Shown here in pieces: positions 48,921 to 62,177 of a stretch of DNA of 64,000 nt. Position 1 is the first letter of the stretch. Every line of letters begins with the position of its first letter. The translations under genes and the position numbers were made by a program. This DNA is from Candidatus Omnitrophota bacterium (lineage in GTDB: Bacteria; Omnitrophota; Gorgyraeia; JAFGHF01). The stretch covers positions 8,034 through 72,033 of the forward strand of contig CP070837.1 of NCBI GenBank assembly GCA_020341815.1, written 5' to 3'. The notes beneath the pieces are model-generated. The model saw only the letters and a program-made list of their open reading frames with translations. It made no database searches and was not told where the DNA came from.

Positions 48921-49613
48921 TTAGGATTGAATTTTCCAGTTTTTTATGTAATGCCCTTTATTATCTATACTTTGCCAGTCGTCTCCCAAGGAAATATTTG
49001 AATGATTTTCGAGCAATATTTTAGGTCTTAATGATTTACCCATTCCTTCCAGAACCTTAAATTCACAACCTTCCACATCAATTTTGATTAAATCCGGGCG
49101 TATCTTTTCTTTTTCAATAAAACTATCGAGCCTCGTTACCCTGACCTCTGTTTTCATAGAATTTTTTAGAGAATTATGGGGTGCTAAAGTTGCGCTATAA
49201 AGATGCTCTAAAGGTTCTTCGTAAAACTCTCCAACTCCGTCATAATCAGAAACAGCTACCTCAAGACACTGAATATTAAAATTGTTAAGCATACAGTTAG
49301 CGCGGAGTTTTTTTATAACTCTTGGCACAGGTTCGAAGGCATATACAGAAGCTTTAGGATTTACTGCTTTGGCAATAAGCGAAAAAATACCTGTATTTGC
49401 CCCAATGTCTAAAATAACATCTGCTTCCTGACACATCTCAGCCCAAACCTTCATCTCTTTTGAAAGTCCCCGCCAAAATAGTTCATTCTCACAAAGATAT
49501 CCAAAATGATGGATATAAAAATGGTTCTTTTTTATTTTTACTTTGAATTTCCCTTTAAAATGAAGGTGTCTATAAACAAATTCGGGAAGTAGATGCCTCA
49601 AGATTTTAAACAT
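48921..49613 (-). CDS. FkbM-family SAM methyltransferase
   Basis: LDIGANTG, YAFEP, LIKIDVEG.E; start moved to MFKILRH. Confidence 0.88.
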   Translation of the reverse strand: MFKILRHLLPEFVYRHLHFKGKFKVKIKKNHFYIHHFGYLCENELFWRGLSKEMKVWAEMCQEADVILDIGANTGIFSLIAKAVNPKASVYAFEPVPRVIKKLRANCMLNNFNIQCLEVAVSDYDGVGEFYEEPLEHLYSATLAPHNSLKNSMKTEVRVTRLDSFIEKEKIRPDLIKIDVEGCEFKVLEGMGKSLRPKILLENHSNISLGDDWQSIDNKGHYIKNWKIQS

Positions 49614-49716
49614 TATTCTCCAATTATTTTTATTTCGAATTCTTATTATCTGGTGGGCCGCCAAATTGCCTGGCGAGCCTCACCATCTCGCCCGCCATTT
49701 TTGATGGCGAGGTGGA

Positions 49717-49793
49717 TGGTGGGCGTAAGAGGATTCGAACCTCTGATCTCCACAATGTGAGTGTGGCGCTTTAACCAGCTAAGCCATACGCCC
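49717..49793 (-). tRNA. tRNA-Val(CAC)
   Basis: GGGCGTA acceptor, CCACA-CT CAC AT-TGTGG, GGTTCGAATCC, CCA. Confidence 0.93.
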
Positions 49794-49797
49794 ATGG

Positions 49798-49878
49798 CAC
49801 TGAAACCACTGAATCAAATCTGAAACCTCTGAGAAATAACTCAGTGACTTCAGTGTCCCAATCTCAGTGGTTTCAGTG
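49798..49878. repeat. Inverted CACTGAA/TTCAGTG 9-mer array, copy 1
   Basis: CACTGAAAC CACTGAA ... TCAGTGACTTCAGTG ... TCAGTGGTTTCAGTG. Confidence 0.75.
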
Positions 49879-49947
49879 ATAAAAAAAGGGTAAATCCTAA
49901 ACAAGGTATTTTAGCATAGGATTTATCCCTTGTCCATAAAAAGTATC

Positions 49948-51531
49948 TTACAGGTATCTTCTCTCCTGACCTAATCCCAAATCAAGAAAGTTCTTTAAGC
50001 GGCGGCTGCGAGTGGGATGCCTGAGCTTGCGCAGGGCCTTGGCCTCAATCTGCCTGACCCGCTCACGGGTTACTTTAAAAATGCCTCCCACCTCTTCCAG
50101 GGTGCGCGAATAACCGTCGCCCACGCCAAAACGAAGCTGAAGCACCTTTCTTTCCCGCTCCGTAAGCGAAGTCAATACATCTTCCATTTCCGATTTAAGC
50201 ATAGAATAGGCGGTGGCATTGGCCGGAGAAACCGCGCTTTTGTCTTCGATGAAATCACCGAAATGGGTATCTCCTTCATCCCCCACAGGTGTCTGAAGGG
50301 ATATAGGCTCCTGAGCAATCTTTAAGACTCCTCGCACCTTCTCTACCGGCATATCCATCTGGCGGGCGACCTCTTCCGGAGCCGGCTCTCTTCCCTTTTC
50401 CTGCACCAGGGCGCGGGAAATACGGATGAGCCTGTTGATAGTCTCGGTCATATGCACGGGGATACGGATAGTCCTGGCCTGGTCGGCAATGGAACGGGTA
50501 ATTGCTTGCCTGATCCACCAGGTAGCATAGGTGCTGAATTTATAGCCCCGGCGGTAATCATATTTGTCCACCGCCTTCATCAGGCCGATATTGCCTTCCT
50601 GAATTAAATCCAGGAAGGATAATCCCCGATTAGTGTACTTCTTGGCAATGCTTACCACCAGACGCAGGTTTGCCTCCACCAGGGCCTTTTTTGCCTTATT
50701 GAATTTATTTTGTTTGGTCCTGATTAATCTTATCTTTTCTTTTATTTTGGGAAGCGGCAAGCCGAATTCTTTTATAATCCTCTTTTTCTTCTGGATTAAA
50801 GCGCCGATTTTTCCTCTTATTTTCTTTCTGCGCAGGCGCTTAATCTCTGAATCTATCTCTTTTATCTGGTGAAAGCTGGATTTTATTCTTGCAGCAACTT
50901 CTTCGATTACTGAAGTTATTAAATCGAATTGCCAGAGCAAAGAGGCAATATTCTCCTGTTTTCTTGTCGCCCTTAACTTGGAAACCAAAACGGAGAGTTT
51001 CTTTAAGAGCTTCTCGCGATTCAAGCTGGGCTCCTCCCTTACCGCCTCCTCTAAATTAAACTCGCCCTTAAGAATCTTATTGGCTACATTCAGAACTTCG
51101 CCCTTCGCCCGCAGGCAATCAAATACCGCCTGGCGAAAATTGTGCTCTGCGGCCTCTATCTCCTTGGCCAACCTCAACTCCTCCTCCCGGGAAACAAGGG
51201 GAATCTGTCCCATCTGGCGCAGATACATCCTCACTGGGTCATCCATTCGTCCCAGACGGGGCAAACTTTCAGGCTTTGCCTTCACACCAGGCTCTTCCTC
51301 AGCGGGAGGGGCTTTTTCCGGCTCCGGCTTTGTCTCCTGGGCAACAATCTCTATGTTTTCGTTACCCAGCATAGCCAGTATCTCGTCTATCTCCTCGGAA
51401 GAAACTATATTCTCAGGCAAGATATCATTTACCTCTTCATAGGTGAGACACCCCTTCTGCCTGCCGGCAGCAACAAGCTTCTCCAGCTGCTTTATTTTCG
51501 TTCCCTTTCGATTGCGTGATTCTTTTTTCAT
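49948..51531 (-). CDS. rpoD: Primary sigma factor RpoD
   Basis: [53 protein letters not shown]. Confidence 0.97.
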   Translation of the reverse strand: MKKESRNRKGTKIKQLEKLVAAGRQKGCLTYEEVNDILPENIVSSEEIDEILAMLGNENIEIVAQETKPEPEKAPPAEEEPGVKAKPESLPRLGRMDDPVRMYLRQMGQIPLVSREEELRLAKEIEAAEHNFRQAVFDCLRAKGEVLNVANKILKGEFNLEEAVREEPSLNREKLLKKLSVLVSKLRATRKQENIASLLWQFDLITSVIEEVAARIKSSFHQIKEIDSEIKRLRRKKIRGKIGALIQKKKRIIKEFGLPLPKIKEKIRLIRTKQNKFNKAKKALVEANLRLVVSIAKKYTNRGLSFLDLIQEGNIGLMKAVDKYDYRRGYKFSTYATWWIRQAITRSIADQARTIRIPVHMTETINRLIRISRALVQEKGREPAPEEVARQMDMPVEKVRGVLKIAQEPISLQTPVGDEGDTHFGDFIEDKSAVSPANATAYSMLKSEMEDVLTSLTERERKVLQLRFGVGDGYSRTLEEVGGIFKVTRERVRQIEAKALRKLRHPTRSRRLKNFLDLGLGQERRYL

Positions 51532-53300
51532 TTCTTCGCACCCCGGCTTTTAACTAAATGATTGTACTGACTAATCAATTCCGCAAGTTTATCTTTATGT
51601 CCCCAGCCCTGGATAAGCTTGATTTGCCTTTGTAATTTATTTAACTTATTTTTCCAGCTATCCTTTTTTATCCGTCCGATACAGTCGCTTAAGCACTTGG
51701 CGCGGTCGATAAGCTTATGATTATCTGCGCATGCCCGGGAAATCAGCTGACGCGCCTCTTCAATCTCTAGATGAGTTATCAATTTTCCCGCTGAGATAGG
51801 CTCACCCTGAATGTGTAAATGATAAACTATTCTCATTGCCTCTCTGATGCGCAAATCCTGAAAGTCTTCCAGCGCAAGATGTTTCCTGATTTCGGAAACG
51901 GCGGTTTCATCTTCCAGTAAAATCTTCAAAAGCATCTCCTCAGCCGCAGGGCTCACAATGCGACTTTTCTGAACGGGACCGGCGGTATAATAGCCAAAGT
52001 CCTTTTTGACTTTTTTCAGCTCCGCCAGAATCCACTCCTCTCCCAGAGATTTTTCTCCCTTGGAGAAGGCCTCAGCCAGTCGCTTTACATAAGCGCTCCT
52101 GCGAATGGCATTTTGCACCCGGCGGATAGTCGGAAGCATCTCGGCTGCAATGCCCACCTTTCCTTCCACTGTGCCTAAATCATACTTCTGGGTAAGTAAA
52201 TTGAGTTTATAATCAAAAAGGTCCATCCCCTCGGTAATTTTTTTCTGCAAACTCTCCTTTCCGAATTTGCGCAGGAAGCTGTCCGGGTCCTCATTCTTAG
52301 GTAAAGCGACAATCTTTATACCCATATTCTGCTCAATAAGCAAATCCAGGCTGCGCAAGCTGGCTAACTCTCCAGCACGGTCGGCGTCAAAAATCATAAC
52401 TACATTTTTCGTGTGACGCCCGAGCAGCTTCAATTGCTGCAGAGTAAGGGCCGTACCCAGGGAAGCGACGACATTGCCGATACCGCTTTGATAAACCGTA
52501 AGTAAATCGATATAACCTTCCACAATAATGCAGCAGTTTTCTTTTTTTATCTCTTCCCTGGCGAAGTTCAGCCCGTAGAGATGATTGCTTTTGCTGTATA
52601 CAGGGGTCTCGGGAGAATTAAGATATTTAGGCAAAGCCTCATCAAGGACCCGGCCGCCGAAAGCTACAATACGTGAGCGGCTGTCAAAGATGGGAAATAT
52701 TATCCTCTGCCTGAACCTGTCATAGTAAGGACCTTTTTCTTTACGCAGGATTAATCCTGACTTTTCTAAAAGCTCCTCCCGAATGCCCCTGGCGCGCATA
52801 AACTTTAACAGGCCGTTATCAAAAGGGGCAAAGCCCAATCTAAAGGTAAGGGCGGTCTTGGCCTGAAAGCCCCTTTTCTTCAGGTATTCCAAGGCCGCGC
52901 GAGCCTTTTCTTTCTTCAAATTCTCCTGATACCATGAAGCGGCCATCTCATTCAGCTGAAAAAGGTCGTGTGTCTGCTTCTGCTGCCGAGCCGCACCTGA
53001 AGAGACAGGAAGCTTAACCCCGGTTTTATCCGCCAGCATCCGCACTACCTGCGGAAACTCAAGCCCCTCATGCTTCATAATAAAATTAAACACGTTCCCT
53101 CCGGCACCGCAGCCAAAACAATGGAATATGCCTTTATCAGGACTGATCATAAAGGAAGGGGTCTTTTCCTGATGAAAAGGGCAAAGCGCCTTAAAGTTCC
53201 TTCCAGCGGCTTTGAGGGGAATATACTGAGCAATAATCTCTGCGATATTGCATTTATCGCGGATTTCATCAATTATACTGTCGGAAAAAAGAACAGGCAT
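51528..53300 (-). CDS. dnaG: DNA primase
   Basis: [34 protein letters not shown]. Confidence 0.97.
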   Translation of the reverse strand: MPVLFSDSIIDEIRDKCNIAEIIAQYIPLKAAGRNFKALCPFHQEKTPSFMISPDKGIFHCFGCGAGGNVFNFIMKHEGLEFPQVVRMLADKTGVKLPVSSGAARQQKQTHDLFQLNEMAASWYQENLKKEKARAALEYLKKRGFQAKTALTFRLGFAPFDNGLLKFMRARGIREELLEKSGLILRKEKGPYYDRFRQRIIFPIFDSRSRIVAFGGRVLDEALPKYLNSPETPVYSKSNHLYGLNFAREEIKKENCCIIVEGYIDLLTVYQSGIGNVVASLGTALTLQQLKLLGRHTKNVVMIFDADRAGELASLRSLDLLIEQNMGIKIVALPKNEDPDSFLRKFGKESLQKKITEGMDLFDYKLNLLTQKYDLGTVEGKVGIAAEMLPTIRRVQNAIRRSAYVKRLAEAFSKGEKSLGEEWILAELKKVKKDFGYYTAGPVQKSRIVSPAAEEMLLKILLEDETAVSEIRKHLALEDFQDLRIREAMRIVYHLHIQGEPISAGKLITHLEIEEARQLISRACADNHKLIDRAKCLSDCIGRIKKDSWKNKLNKLQRQIKLIQGWGHKDKLAELISQYNHLVKSRGAKK

Positions 53301-53314
53301 CTATCTCCTTCTAG

Positions 53315-53398
53315 CACTGAAATCACTGAAAATTAGCCACTGAAATCACTGAAGTTTTATTCAGTGTTCTCAGTATTATTATTTCAGTGCTCTCAGTG
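53315..53398. repeat. Inverted CACTGAA/TTCAGTG 9-mer array, copy 2
   Basis: (CACTGAAAT CACTGAA)x2 followed by TCAGTG-type units. Confidence 0.78.
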
Positions 53399-54352
53399 TT
53401 TCCTTCTTATCCGTTTAAATCCGGAACACTCGATAATATTTAACTTTTGCCTCTTTTCCAGCTTGTCCAGCAAAAGATTAAGGCCCAGGGAATCGCTGCC
53501 GATGTGCCCGGCGATAATTACATTGATGTGCTCGGCCCTTACTTTGCGAAAATGCTCTTCGCTCAGATGCATAGCCACTATGGTGCCGATACCTGCGGTG
53601 GCGAGTTTCTGGAAAATGTCTTTGGAGCCCTCGGTGCCTCCGGTCATATCTACAAAGATTTTTCCCGCCTGGCGCTTCGGCTCTCCCACAATGATGCGCG
53701 GTCCGGCCTTTTCCTTAAAAGCCTGACGATATTCGGCAATACCTTTTAAGATATCCAGGACATCGCCCAGACTATCGGGTTTTTTCCTATCCATCAACTT
53801 CTGCAGATAGGAAGCTACATGATTATCGGCTACAGTATGACAGCACATAAAGCCGAGCTTAAGAAGCCGCGCCATATCTACGGAGCGGCTGTGATTGGCC
53901 GGCATAACCTTTCTTTTGACCTCGGCGATGCGCTCGGCCATCAAAGACTCGGCAACGCTGATAGGCACGCCTAAATCTTTGAGAATCTCCGAATGAATAT
54001 CCATCACCTCGGTAAGCCCTGCCAAGGCCTTGCCTTCGGGATGATGCGACATAACTAAATCTATTTTTTCACCCTGCTGGTTAAGCCTGTCTGCCAGCAA
54101 TAACTCCGCGCCCTCTATATCGATCCCCAGCAAGATAGTCTTTACCTTTTGTGCGGGCGAGCCGCAGAGTATCCTTGTATCGCTGTAGGGATTCCAAAGC
54201 CGCTCTGCGTCAAACTCCTCTTTTGCCTTTTTATTAAGTTGCCGATAACGCTTTTTAAGTCTGGCTAAGTTTCTGGTGGCTACCGACTTACCCCGGGGGT
54301 CGGCAGATATCCCCTCCTTTACCACAAACTCGTAGATATCCTTAAGTGTCAA
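53393..54352 (-). CDS. NIF3-like (NGG1p-interacting factor) protein
   Basis: NPYSDTRIL, SHHPEG, HT.ADN, GHIGSDSLG. Confidence 0.8.
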   Translation of the reverse strand: MTLKDIYEFVVKEGISADPRGKSVATRNLARLKKRYRQLNKKAKEEFDAERLWNPYSDTRILCGSPAQKVKTILLGIDIEGAELLLADRLNQQGEKIDLVMSHHPEGKALAGLTEVMDIHSEILKDLGVPISVAESLMAERIAEVKRKVMPANHSRSVDMARLLKLGFMCCHTVADNHVASYLQKLMDRKKPDSLGDVLDILKGIAEYRQAFKEKAGPRIIVGEPKRQAGKIFVDMTGGTEGSKDIFQKLATAGIGTIVAMHLSEEHFRKVRAEHINVIIAGHIGSDSLGLNLLLDKLEKRQKLNIIECSGFKRIRRKH

Positions 54353-54921
54353 TTCTGACTCCTTTCGTTCCCTGCATCCTTAGGGCTGAATTTAATTATA
54401 AAGTCCAAGACACGGGGCGTTATCTCTTTTAGATAAGCGCCGGAAAATGATTTCTCTTCTATGCTTTCTCTGAAATACTCAACAGGAAGCATGGTCAGGG
54501 CAAAAAGAAAGAGGCTGGCAAAAATGAGACTGCGAGCCAGCCCCAAAATAAGACCACCCCACATTTGTAATCCGCCAAAGATCTCAAGATGCAGCAGCTT
54601 AAACAGAATCACTCTAACTATTTTAAACGCAATAAGTAAGGCAAAAAATATGGCTAAAAAAGAGATGAAATTGGCTATTTGGATAGGAAGAAACGAACAA
54701 AAGGACAAGCTTGCCCCCACCCTACTATAATGCAGCAGAGATAAGACAGACGCGGCAATCATTCCCGCGGTTTTGAAAAGTTCAACTGAAAATCCCTGAC
54801 TAAAACCGACGTAACCCCCTCTAACTAAAAGGATTGCGACAATCAGGTCCACCCAGTTCATTTCAAATAAAAAGTCTAAATTCATCTTAATAAACACAAA
54901 AAGTTTTTGTAAGTATACCAT
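54349..54921 (-). CDS. CvpA-family membrane protein
   Basis: NWVDL..., GFSQGFS.E, GGLILGLAR. Confidence 0.8.
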   Translation of the reverse strand: MVYLQKLFVFIKMNLDFLFEMNWVDLIVAILLVRGGYVGFSQGFSVELFKTAGMIAASVLSLLHYSRVGASLSFCSFLPIQIANFISFLAIFFALLIAFKIVRVILFKLLHLEIFGGLQMWGGLILGLARSLIFASLFLFALTMLPVEYFRESIEEKSFSGAYLKEITPRVLDFIIKFSPKDAGNERSQN

Positions 54922-55056
54922 ACAAACAGCCCAAAGTCAAGGCCACGTAACGAGTTAATTCACCCCTGCCGCAACAAAAATAAAAAGAAGCTTGCATAAT
55001 CTTGGAAAGTATGGTACATTACACATCGTTAATATCAACTATCAATGGAGGCAGCA

Positions 55057-55314
55057 ATGTCAAGAATTTGCGCAATCTGCGGAAAAAGACCTTTTGCCGG
55101 AAGAAGCATTACCCGCCGCGGTATGGCCAAGAAAAAAGGCGGCGTGGGTAGAAAAATTACCGGCATCAGTAAACGTATCTTTGCCCCTAATCTGCAAAGA
55201 ATCAAAGCTATTGTAAAGGGAACGGTAAAACGAATCTACGTCTGCACCAGATGTCTTAAGGCCGGCAAGGTACAAAAACCCAGTCGCTCGTATCCAGTCG
55301 ATAGTATTCAGTAA
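55057..55314 (+). CDS. rpmB: 50S ribosomal protein L28
   Basis: MSRICAICGK...KRIFAPNLQ...VCTRCLK; tail SRSYPVDSIQ encoded by heptamer array. Confidence 0.95.
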   Translation: MSRICAICGKRPFAGRSITRRGMAKKKGGVGRKITGISKRIFAPNLQRIKAIVKGTVKRIYVCTRCLKAGKVQKPSRSYPVDSIQ

Positions 55315-55441
55315 CTAGTATTCCGTATCTCGTATTTCGTATATAGTATTTCGTTAAAAGCTTTTTTGTTCAATTCTTAAATCTTTTACTTTATATTTTA
55401 CTAAATACAAGATACTAGCGACGAGCGACTAGATACTAACG
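55280..55441. repeat. Inverted heptamer-array element, empty form (E2)
   Basis: About 11 left heptamers, AT-rich core, 6 right heptamers. Confidence 0.82.
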
Positions 55442-57133
55442 ACTGATTTTTACGTCCTCGAGTTTCAGCTGAATAGAAAAATTTCCCTGCCAGTTATTTA
55501 CAGAAGGTGCATAAGCTAAAGATACAGTCTCGCCCGCTTCAAGCTCAGGAAAATTTCCCTTCTTGTTATAACCTATCGCTTCACAGGTAAGCTTTCCGTC
55601 TGTAACCCAAAATTTTATATGATTGCCTGCGACTATAGATACCTTAGACTTAACCTTGAGTCCCGATGAGCAGATTAAAGGCTCAGGATTATCCGCTCCG
55701 AAAGGCGAAAGGCTATTCAATTCATTAATCAAATTTTCGCTTAAACTGGAAAGAAGGATTTCGGCATCTATTTCCAAGGCAGGCACCAGATCTTCCGGCA
55801 GGAGCATCTCTTTGGTTACTCTATTGATTGTCCGAAAAAAGTCGCTGAATCTGGTTTTTTTCAGCTTTAACCCGCAGGCGCGCCTGTGGCCGCCGTATTC
55901 CTCAAGTAAATCCTTGCATTTCCTTAAGGCCTCCAAAAGATGAAAATTGCCGATTGAACGGCCTGAACCCCTCCCAAACTCATCTTCCAGGCTCATCATA
56001 ATTGTCGGACGCATGTAGCGCTCCACCAGGCGCGAGGCCACGATGCCGATTACCCCCCGATGCCAATGCGGCGCGCCCAGGACAATTATACTGTGTTCCT
56101 TAAAATTGATTTGGCTCTCTACCTGCTCGATGGCTTCCTGAAGGGTGCGGCTCTCAATCCTCTGCCTGAGGCGATTCCCCTGGTTAAGCTTTTGGGCAAG
56201 GGTTCGAGCCTCAAGCTCTGTCCTGGCTAAAAGCAGGCGCAGGGAATCCTCAGGGCTGCCCAGCCTTCCGCTGGCATTTATTCTCGGCCCCAGAATAAAG
56301 CCGATATGCCTGGCGTTAAGGGTTCGATTATCCAGGCCGGAGACCTCCATCAGGGCCACCAGGCCCAATTTCCTGGTCTGGCTTAAGCTGGAGAGGCCGT
56401 GCTTGACAAAAACCCTGTTCTCCCCTGTAAGAGGAACGACATCGCCCACAGTGCCCAGGGCAATAATATCCAGATGATTATCCAGGACGGCCTTTTGATT
56501 ATCCATAAGGGCACAAGCCAGCTTTGCCGCCAGCCCCACCCCGGCCATATACTTATAAGGATAGGAGCAGTCTTTCTGTAAAGGATTGATAATCGCCCAG
56601 GCTGCTTTAGGCAGGGAGCCTTCTTTGGGCTGGTGATGGTCACAGACAATGGTATCGATGCCTGAACTTTTCAGGTAGGTTATCTCTTTATCGGCCGAGA
56701 TTCCGCAATCAACCGTAATCAAGAGGCCAACGCCCTTAGCCTTGGCCTCTTTGGCACCTTTTTCATTCAAGCCGTAGCCTTCTTCAAGGCGATTGGGAAG
56801 ATAGTGCAAGGCGCGCGCGCCCATCTCGCCCAGCACGGAAATCAAAAGGGCTACACTGGTGACACCGTCAATATCGTAATCGCCCCAGACCATAATCTTC
56901 TCATCGCTGCTAATAGCCTTTTTAATCCTGGCTACCGCCTTTTTCATCCCTTTGAGAAGGAAGGGCGAATGCAGGCCGGTCAAACTGCAACTCAGGAAGC
57001 TCTCCGCCTCTTTTACGCCGGAAACTCCGCGATTAATCAGGATCTGGGCCAAGATTTCGGATACCCTCAAGGCCCGGCTGATTTCCTTACGCAGGCGGCT
57101 ATTGGAACGCCTGATGTTCCAGATTTTTTCCAT
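55436..57133 (-). CDS. recJ: ssDNA exonuclease RecJ
   Basis: GDYDIDG, TVDCGI, CDHH, GPRINASGRL, GSGRS, YGGH; start at MEKIW. Confidence 0.95.
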   Translation of the reverse strand: MEKIWNIRRSNSRLRKEISRALRVSEILAQILINRGVSGVKEAESFLSCSLTGLHSPFLLKGMKKAVARIKKAISSDEKIMVWGDYDIDGVTSVALLISVLGEMGARALHYLPNRLEEGYGLNEKGAKEAKAKGVGLLITVDCGISADKEITYLKSSGIDTIVCDHHQPKEGSLPKAAWAIINPLQKDCSYPYKYMAGVGLAAKLACALMDNQKAVLDNHLDIIALGTVGDVVPLTGENRVFVKHGLSSLSQTRKLGLVALMEVSGLDNRTLNARHIGFILGPRINASGRLGSPEDSLRLLLARTELEARTLAQKLNQGNRLRQRIESRTLQEAIEQVESQINFKEHSIIVLGAPHWHRGVIGIVASRLVERYMRPTIMMSLEDEFGRGSGRSIGNFHLLEALRKCKDLLEEYGGHRRACGLKLKKTRFSDFFRTINRVTKEMLLPEDLVPALEIDAEILLSSLSENLINELNSLSPFGADNPEPLICSSGLKVKSKVSIVAGNHIKFWVTDGKLTCEAIGYNKKGNFPELEAGETVSLAYAPSVNNWQGNFSIQLKLEDVKISR

Positions 57134-57137
57134 TTTT

Positions 57138-59303
57138 TTATCTTTTTCTATGCCAATCGACAAGGATGGGGCTGGCCACAAAAATTGACGAATAGGTACC
57201 CACGATTATGCCCACTAAAAGCACAAAGGCAAAATCGTTGATTACCGCTCCTCCTAAGAAAAACAGGGCCAGGACCACCAGAAGCGTGGTCAAAGAGGTA
57301 AGCAGGGTTCGGCTTAAGGTCTGATTGATGCTGGCATTGATGATTTCCTCGTAGCTTGCCTTGCGCATCAGCCGCATATCTTCGCGAATGCGGTCAAAGA
57401 CGACAATGGTGTCGTTGATGGAATAGCCCACTACGGTCAAAAGCGCAGCGATTACCGGAAGAGAGAACTCTCGTCCGGTAAAGCTCAATGCCCCGGCGGC
57501 GATTAAGACATCGTGAAAAAGCGCCGCAATAGCCGCAATGGCAAAACGAAATTCAAAACGAAAAGAGATATAGATACAGATACCGATTAAAGCAAATATC
57601 AAAGCGCGGATTGCCCTCTTGGTCAAATCCTTACCCACCGACGGCCCCACCTTCTCTATGCGCAAGATTTCAAAGGGGTTTCCGGCAAAGGCGCTTTTGA
57701 ACTTATCGATAATCTTATTCTCCGCATCGGCGTAAGTCCTGATTAAGATATTCCTTTTGTCCTTATATTGTTGAATGGGAGAGTCACCCAGATCTATCTC
57801 TTTTAACGCTGTCCTTGCCTCATCAGTCGAAATAGGCTTCTCAAAACGAAACTCCTGAAGCGAGCCTCCGGAGAAATCTATCCCTAAGTTTTCCTTGCCG
57901 CGCGTGCCCAGGCTGATTAACCCGACAATAATCAAGACTATGGAAATCACATAGGCGGCCTTTCTTTTGCCGATAACATTAAAATGAGGGCCTCTTATAA
58001 ACTGCAGCATAGGCAGGCTCTTCAATACCTTCCCCAGAGAAAGAATATCAAAGATAACCCGTCCCACCACCAAAGCCGTAAACATACTGGCTAAAATACC
58101 GATGCTCAAGGTGGTGGCAAAGCCCTTTACCGGCCCGGTGCCAAATTGAAAAAGGATAAAGGCGGCAATAAGGGTGGTAACATTGGCATCTAAAATAGTT
58201 AAAAAGGCCTTTTGGTAGCCGTTTGAGATAGCCAGGCGCAGGCTCTTTCCCAGCTTCAATTCCTCTCTTATTCTCTCAAAAATGAGCACATTGGCATCAA
58301 CGGCCATGCCTATGGTCAGGACAATTCCGGCAATGCCGGGAAGGGTCAAGGCCGCGCCCAGGCGCGGATACGAAAGCACACCCAGTATAATCACCAGATT
58401 CAGGCAAAGGGCAAAATTGGCAATCAGCCCGGCCCATAAATAATATCCGCCCATAAACACCAAAACCAGGACTGCCCCTACAATAATCGACTCAATCCCC
58501 TTCCTTATAGAGTCCTCTCCCAGGGCCGCCCCGACGGTCCTTTCCTCTTCAACTTGTATGGGTGCAGGAAGCGCTCCTGTACGCAGGACCAAAGATAAAT
58601 CTGCGGCCTCATCTTCGCTGAAGCGTCCGGTAATCTGACCCTTGCCTCCGGGTATCTGGCTCTGGATAACCGGAGCGCTCTTTACCTTGCCGTCTAAGAC
58701 TATAGCCAATCTCTTGCCGATATTATTTTTGGTCAGGCGGGAAAAGGTGCGCGCCCCTTTGGAATTCAAGCTAAAGCTGACATAAGGGTTAATCTCCATC
58801 GAACCCCACTCCACACGGGCATCGACAAGACTATCCCCCATAAGCGAGGCATCCTTCTCCAGAAGCAGGGGCCTCTTGTCCAGATATTTCAGCTCATATC
58901 CGGCCGGGACATTCCCATCCAAGGCTGCGGTAAGCTTTCCTTCTTCTTCGTTAACTAATTTAAACTCCAGGTGCGCCGTCTGCTTGATAATCTGCAGCGC
59001 CCTGTCTCTGTCGGTAACCCCGGGCAGCTGAACCACGATATGGTCTCTGCCCTGCTTCTGAATCAGCGGCTCACTCACTCCGAACTGGTCGATACGATTG
59101 CGGATTATTTCTATAGCCCGATCGGTAGCATCAGCCCTTACCTCCTGGGGCACCTTCTCGATATCCACTTTCAGGATAAGATGCATCCCGCCTTTTAAGT
59201 CCAGCCCTAACTTTACCTTCTCCTGCGGCGGATAGGCCATCCAGAAGGCCCAGCCCACCACACAAACTACCAACAGGGCCTTCCATTTTAGATTCTTAAT
59301 CAT
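57138..59303 (-). CDS. secDF: Fused protein translocase SecDF
   Basis: LGLDLKGG, GMAVDANVLIFERIREE, GIDFSGG, GYSINDTIVVFDRIRE. Confidence 0.96.
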   Translation of the reverse strand: MIKNLKWKALLVVCVVGWAFWMAYPPQEKVKLGLDLKGGMHLILKVDIEKVPQEVRADATDRAIEIIRNRIDQFGVSEPLIQKQGRDHIVVQLPGVTDRDRALQIIKQTAHLEFKLVNEEEGKLTAALDGNVPAGYELKYLDKRPLLLEKDASLMGDSLVDARVEWGSMEINPYVSFSLNSKGARTFSRLTKNNIGKRLAIVLDGKVKSAPVIQSQIPGGKGQITGRFSEDEAADLSLVLRTGALPAPIQVEEERTVGAALGEDSIRKGIESIIVGAVLVLVFMGGYYLWAGLIANFALCLNLVIILGVLSYPRLGAALTLPGIAGIVLTIGMAVDANVLIFERIREELKLGKSLRLAISNGYQKAFLTILDANVTTLIAAFILFQFGTGPVKGFATTLSIGILASMFTALVVGRVIFDILSLGKVLKSLPMLQFIRGPHFNVIGKRKAAYVISIVLIIVGLISLGTRGKENLGIDFSGGSLQEFRFEKPISTDEARTALKEIDLGDSPIQQYKDKRNILIRTYADAENKIIDKFKSAFAGNPFEILRIEKVGPSVGKDLTKRAIRALIFALIGICIYISFRFEFRFAIAAIAALFHDVLIAAGALSFTGREFSLPVIAALLTVVGYSINDTIVVFDRIREDMRLMRKASYEEIINASINQTLSRTLLTSLTTLLVVLALFFLGGAVINDFAFVLLVGIIVGTYSSIFVASPILVDWHRKR

Positions 59304-59314
59304 CGGCGTATACC

Positions 59315-61169
<1,855 letters not shown>

Positions 61170-61173
<4 letters not shown>

Positions 61174-62177
61174 ATTATCAACATGGCATCGCCATAGGAG
61201 AAAAATCTATATTTTCTCTCGATTGCCTGCCTGTATGCCTCGAATAGCAACTCTTTCCCCGCAAAGGCACTCACCAGCATTAGAAGCGTGGATTTGGGAA
61301 AATGAAAATTGGTCAGAAGGCAATCTACCGCCTTGAAATCATAAGGGGGATAGATAAATAAATCCGTCCAGCCCTCTCTGCCGCTGGCACTTTCCAAAAC
61401 ACGCACGGATGTCGTGCCTACGGCAAGGACCCTGCCGCCTTGTCTGCGCGTAGCGTTAATTGTCTTTTTTGTTTCTTCAGGCAGGATAAAATATTCCTTG
61501 TGCATTTTATGCCTGCTCAAATCCTCACTCTTGACAGGGGCGAATGTTCCGTAATTGATATGCAAAGTCAGATAAACCACATTTACGCCTTTGGCCCGGA
61601 TATCCTCTAAAACTTCCTTAGTGAAATGCAATCCTGCCGTAGGAGCGGCAGTGGCACCTTCAACTTCTGCATAAACCGTCTGGTATCTTTCTGCATCTGA
61701 CTCTACAGGCTCTCTTTTGATATACGGGGGAAGCGGCACTCTGCCAAACTCACGCCAGATGTCCCGACCGCTAAACTTTACAATCTTACTCATCCCTTGG
61801 TCGCTCAGCACCGTAGCAGATGAGCTGCCGTTATTAAACACTATTTTCATACCCGTGGTTAATTTTTTTGCGGGGCGGGCTAAAACGCGATACGTATTAT
61901 CGGATAAGTCTTCCTGAAAAAATACCTCCTGTCTGCCGCCGGCTGTGCTTTGTCTTCTGCCAATCAGCCTGGCGCAAATTACCCGCGTATTATTCAAAAC
62001 CAGGCAGTCCCCGGGTAAAAGATAGTCAAGGATATCCTGAAAATGCCCGTGCCTAATCCTTTTTTTGGCCCGCTCCAGGACTAACAGCCGCGAGTCCTGC
62101 CTCCGGACTAAAGGATATTGGGCAATCAGCTCTTTAGGTAAGTGATAATCAAAATCAGAAAGTCTCATAATCTGCAC
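61170..62177 (-). CDS. queA: S-adenosylmethionine:tRNA ribosyltransferase-isomerase
   Basis: FDYHLPKELIAQ, PLPPYIKR, AAPTAGLHF, YRFFSYGDAM. Confidence 0.96.

Noticed and set aside
49651-49659. TGGTGGGCC matching tRNA 3' ends as an att site for the FkbM gene
   Set aside because: Only 8-9 bp and on the wrong side to flank the gene as a duplicated tRNA end.
55280-55441. Possible CRISPR array in the heptamer or 9-mer repeats
   Set aside because: Units are 7-9 bp with no unique spacers, and no cas genes are in the window.
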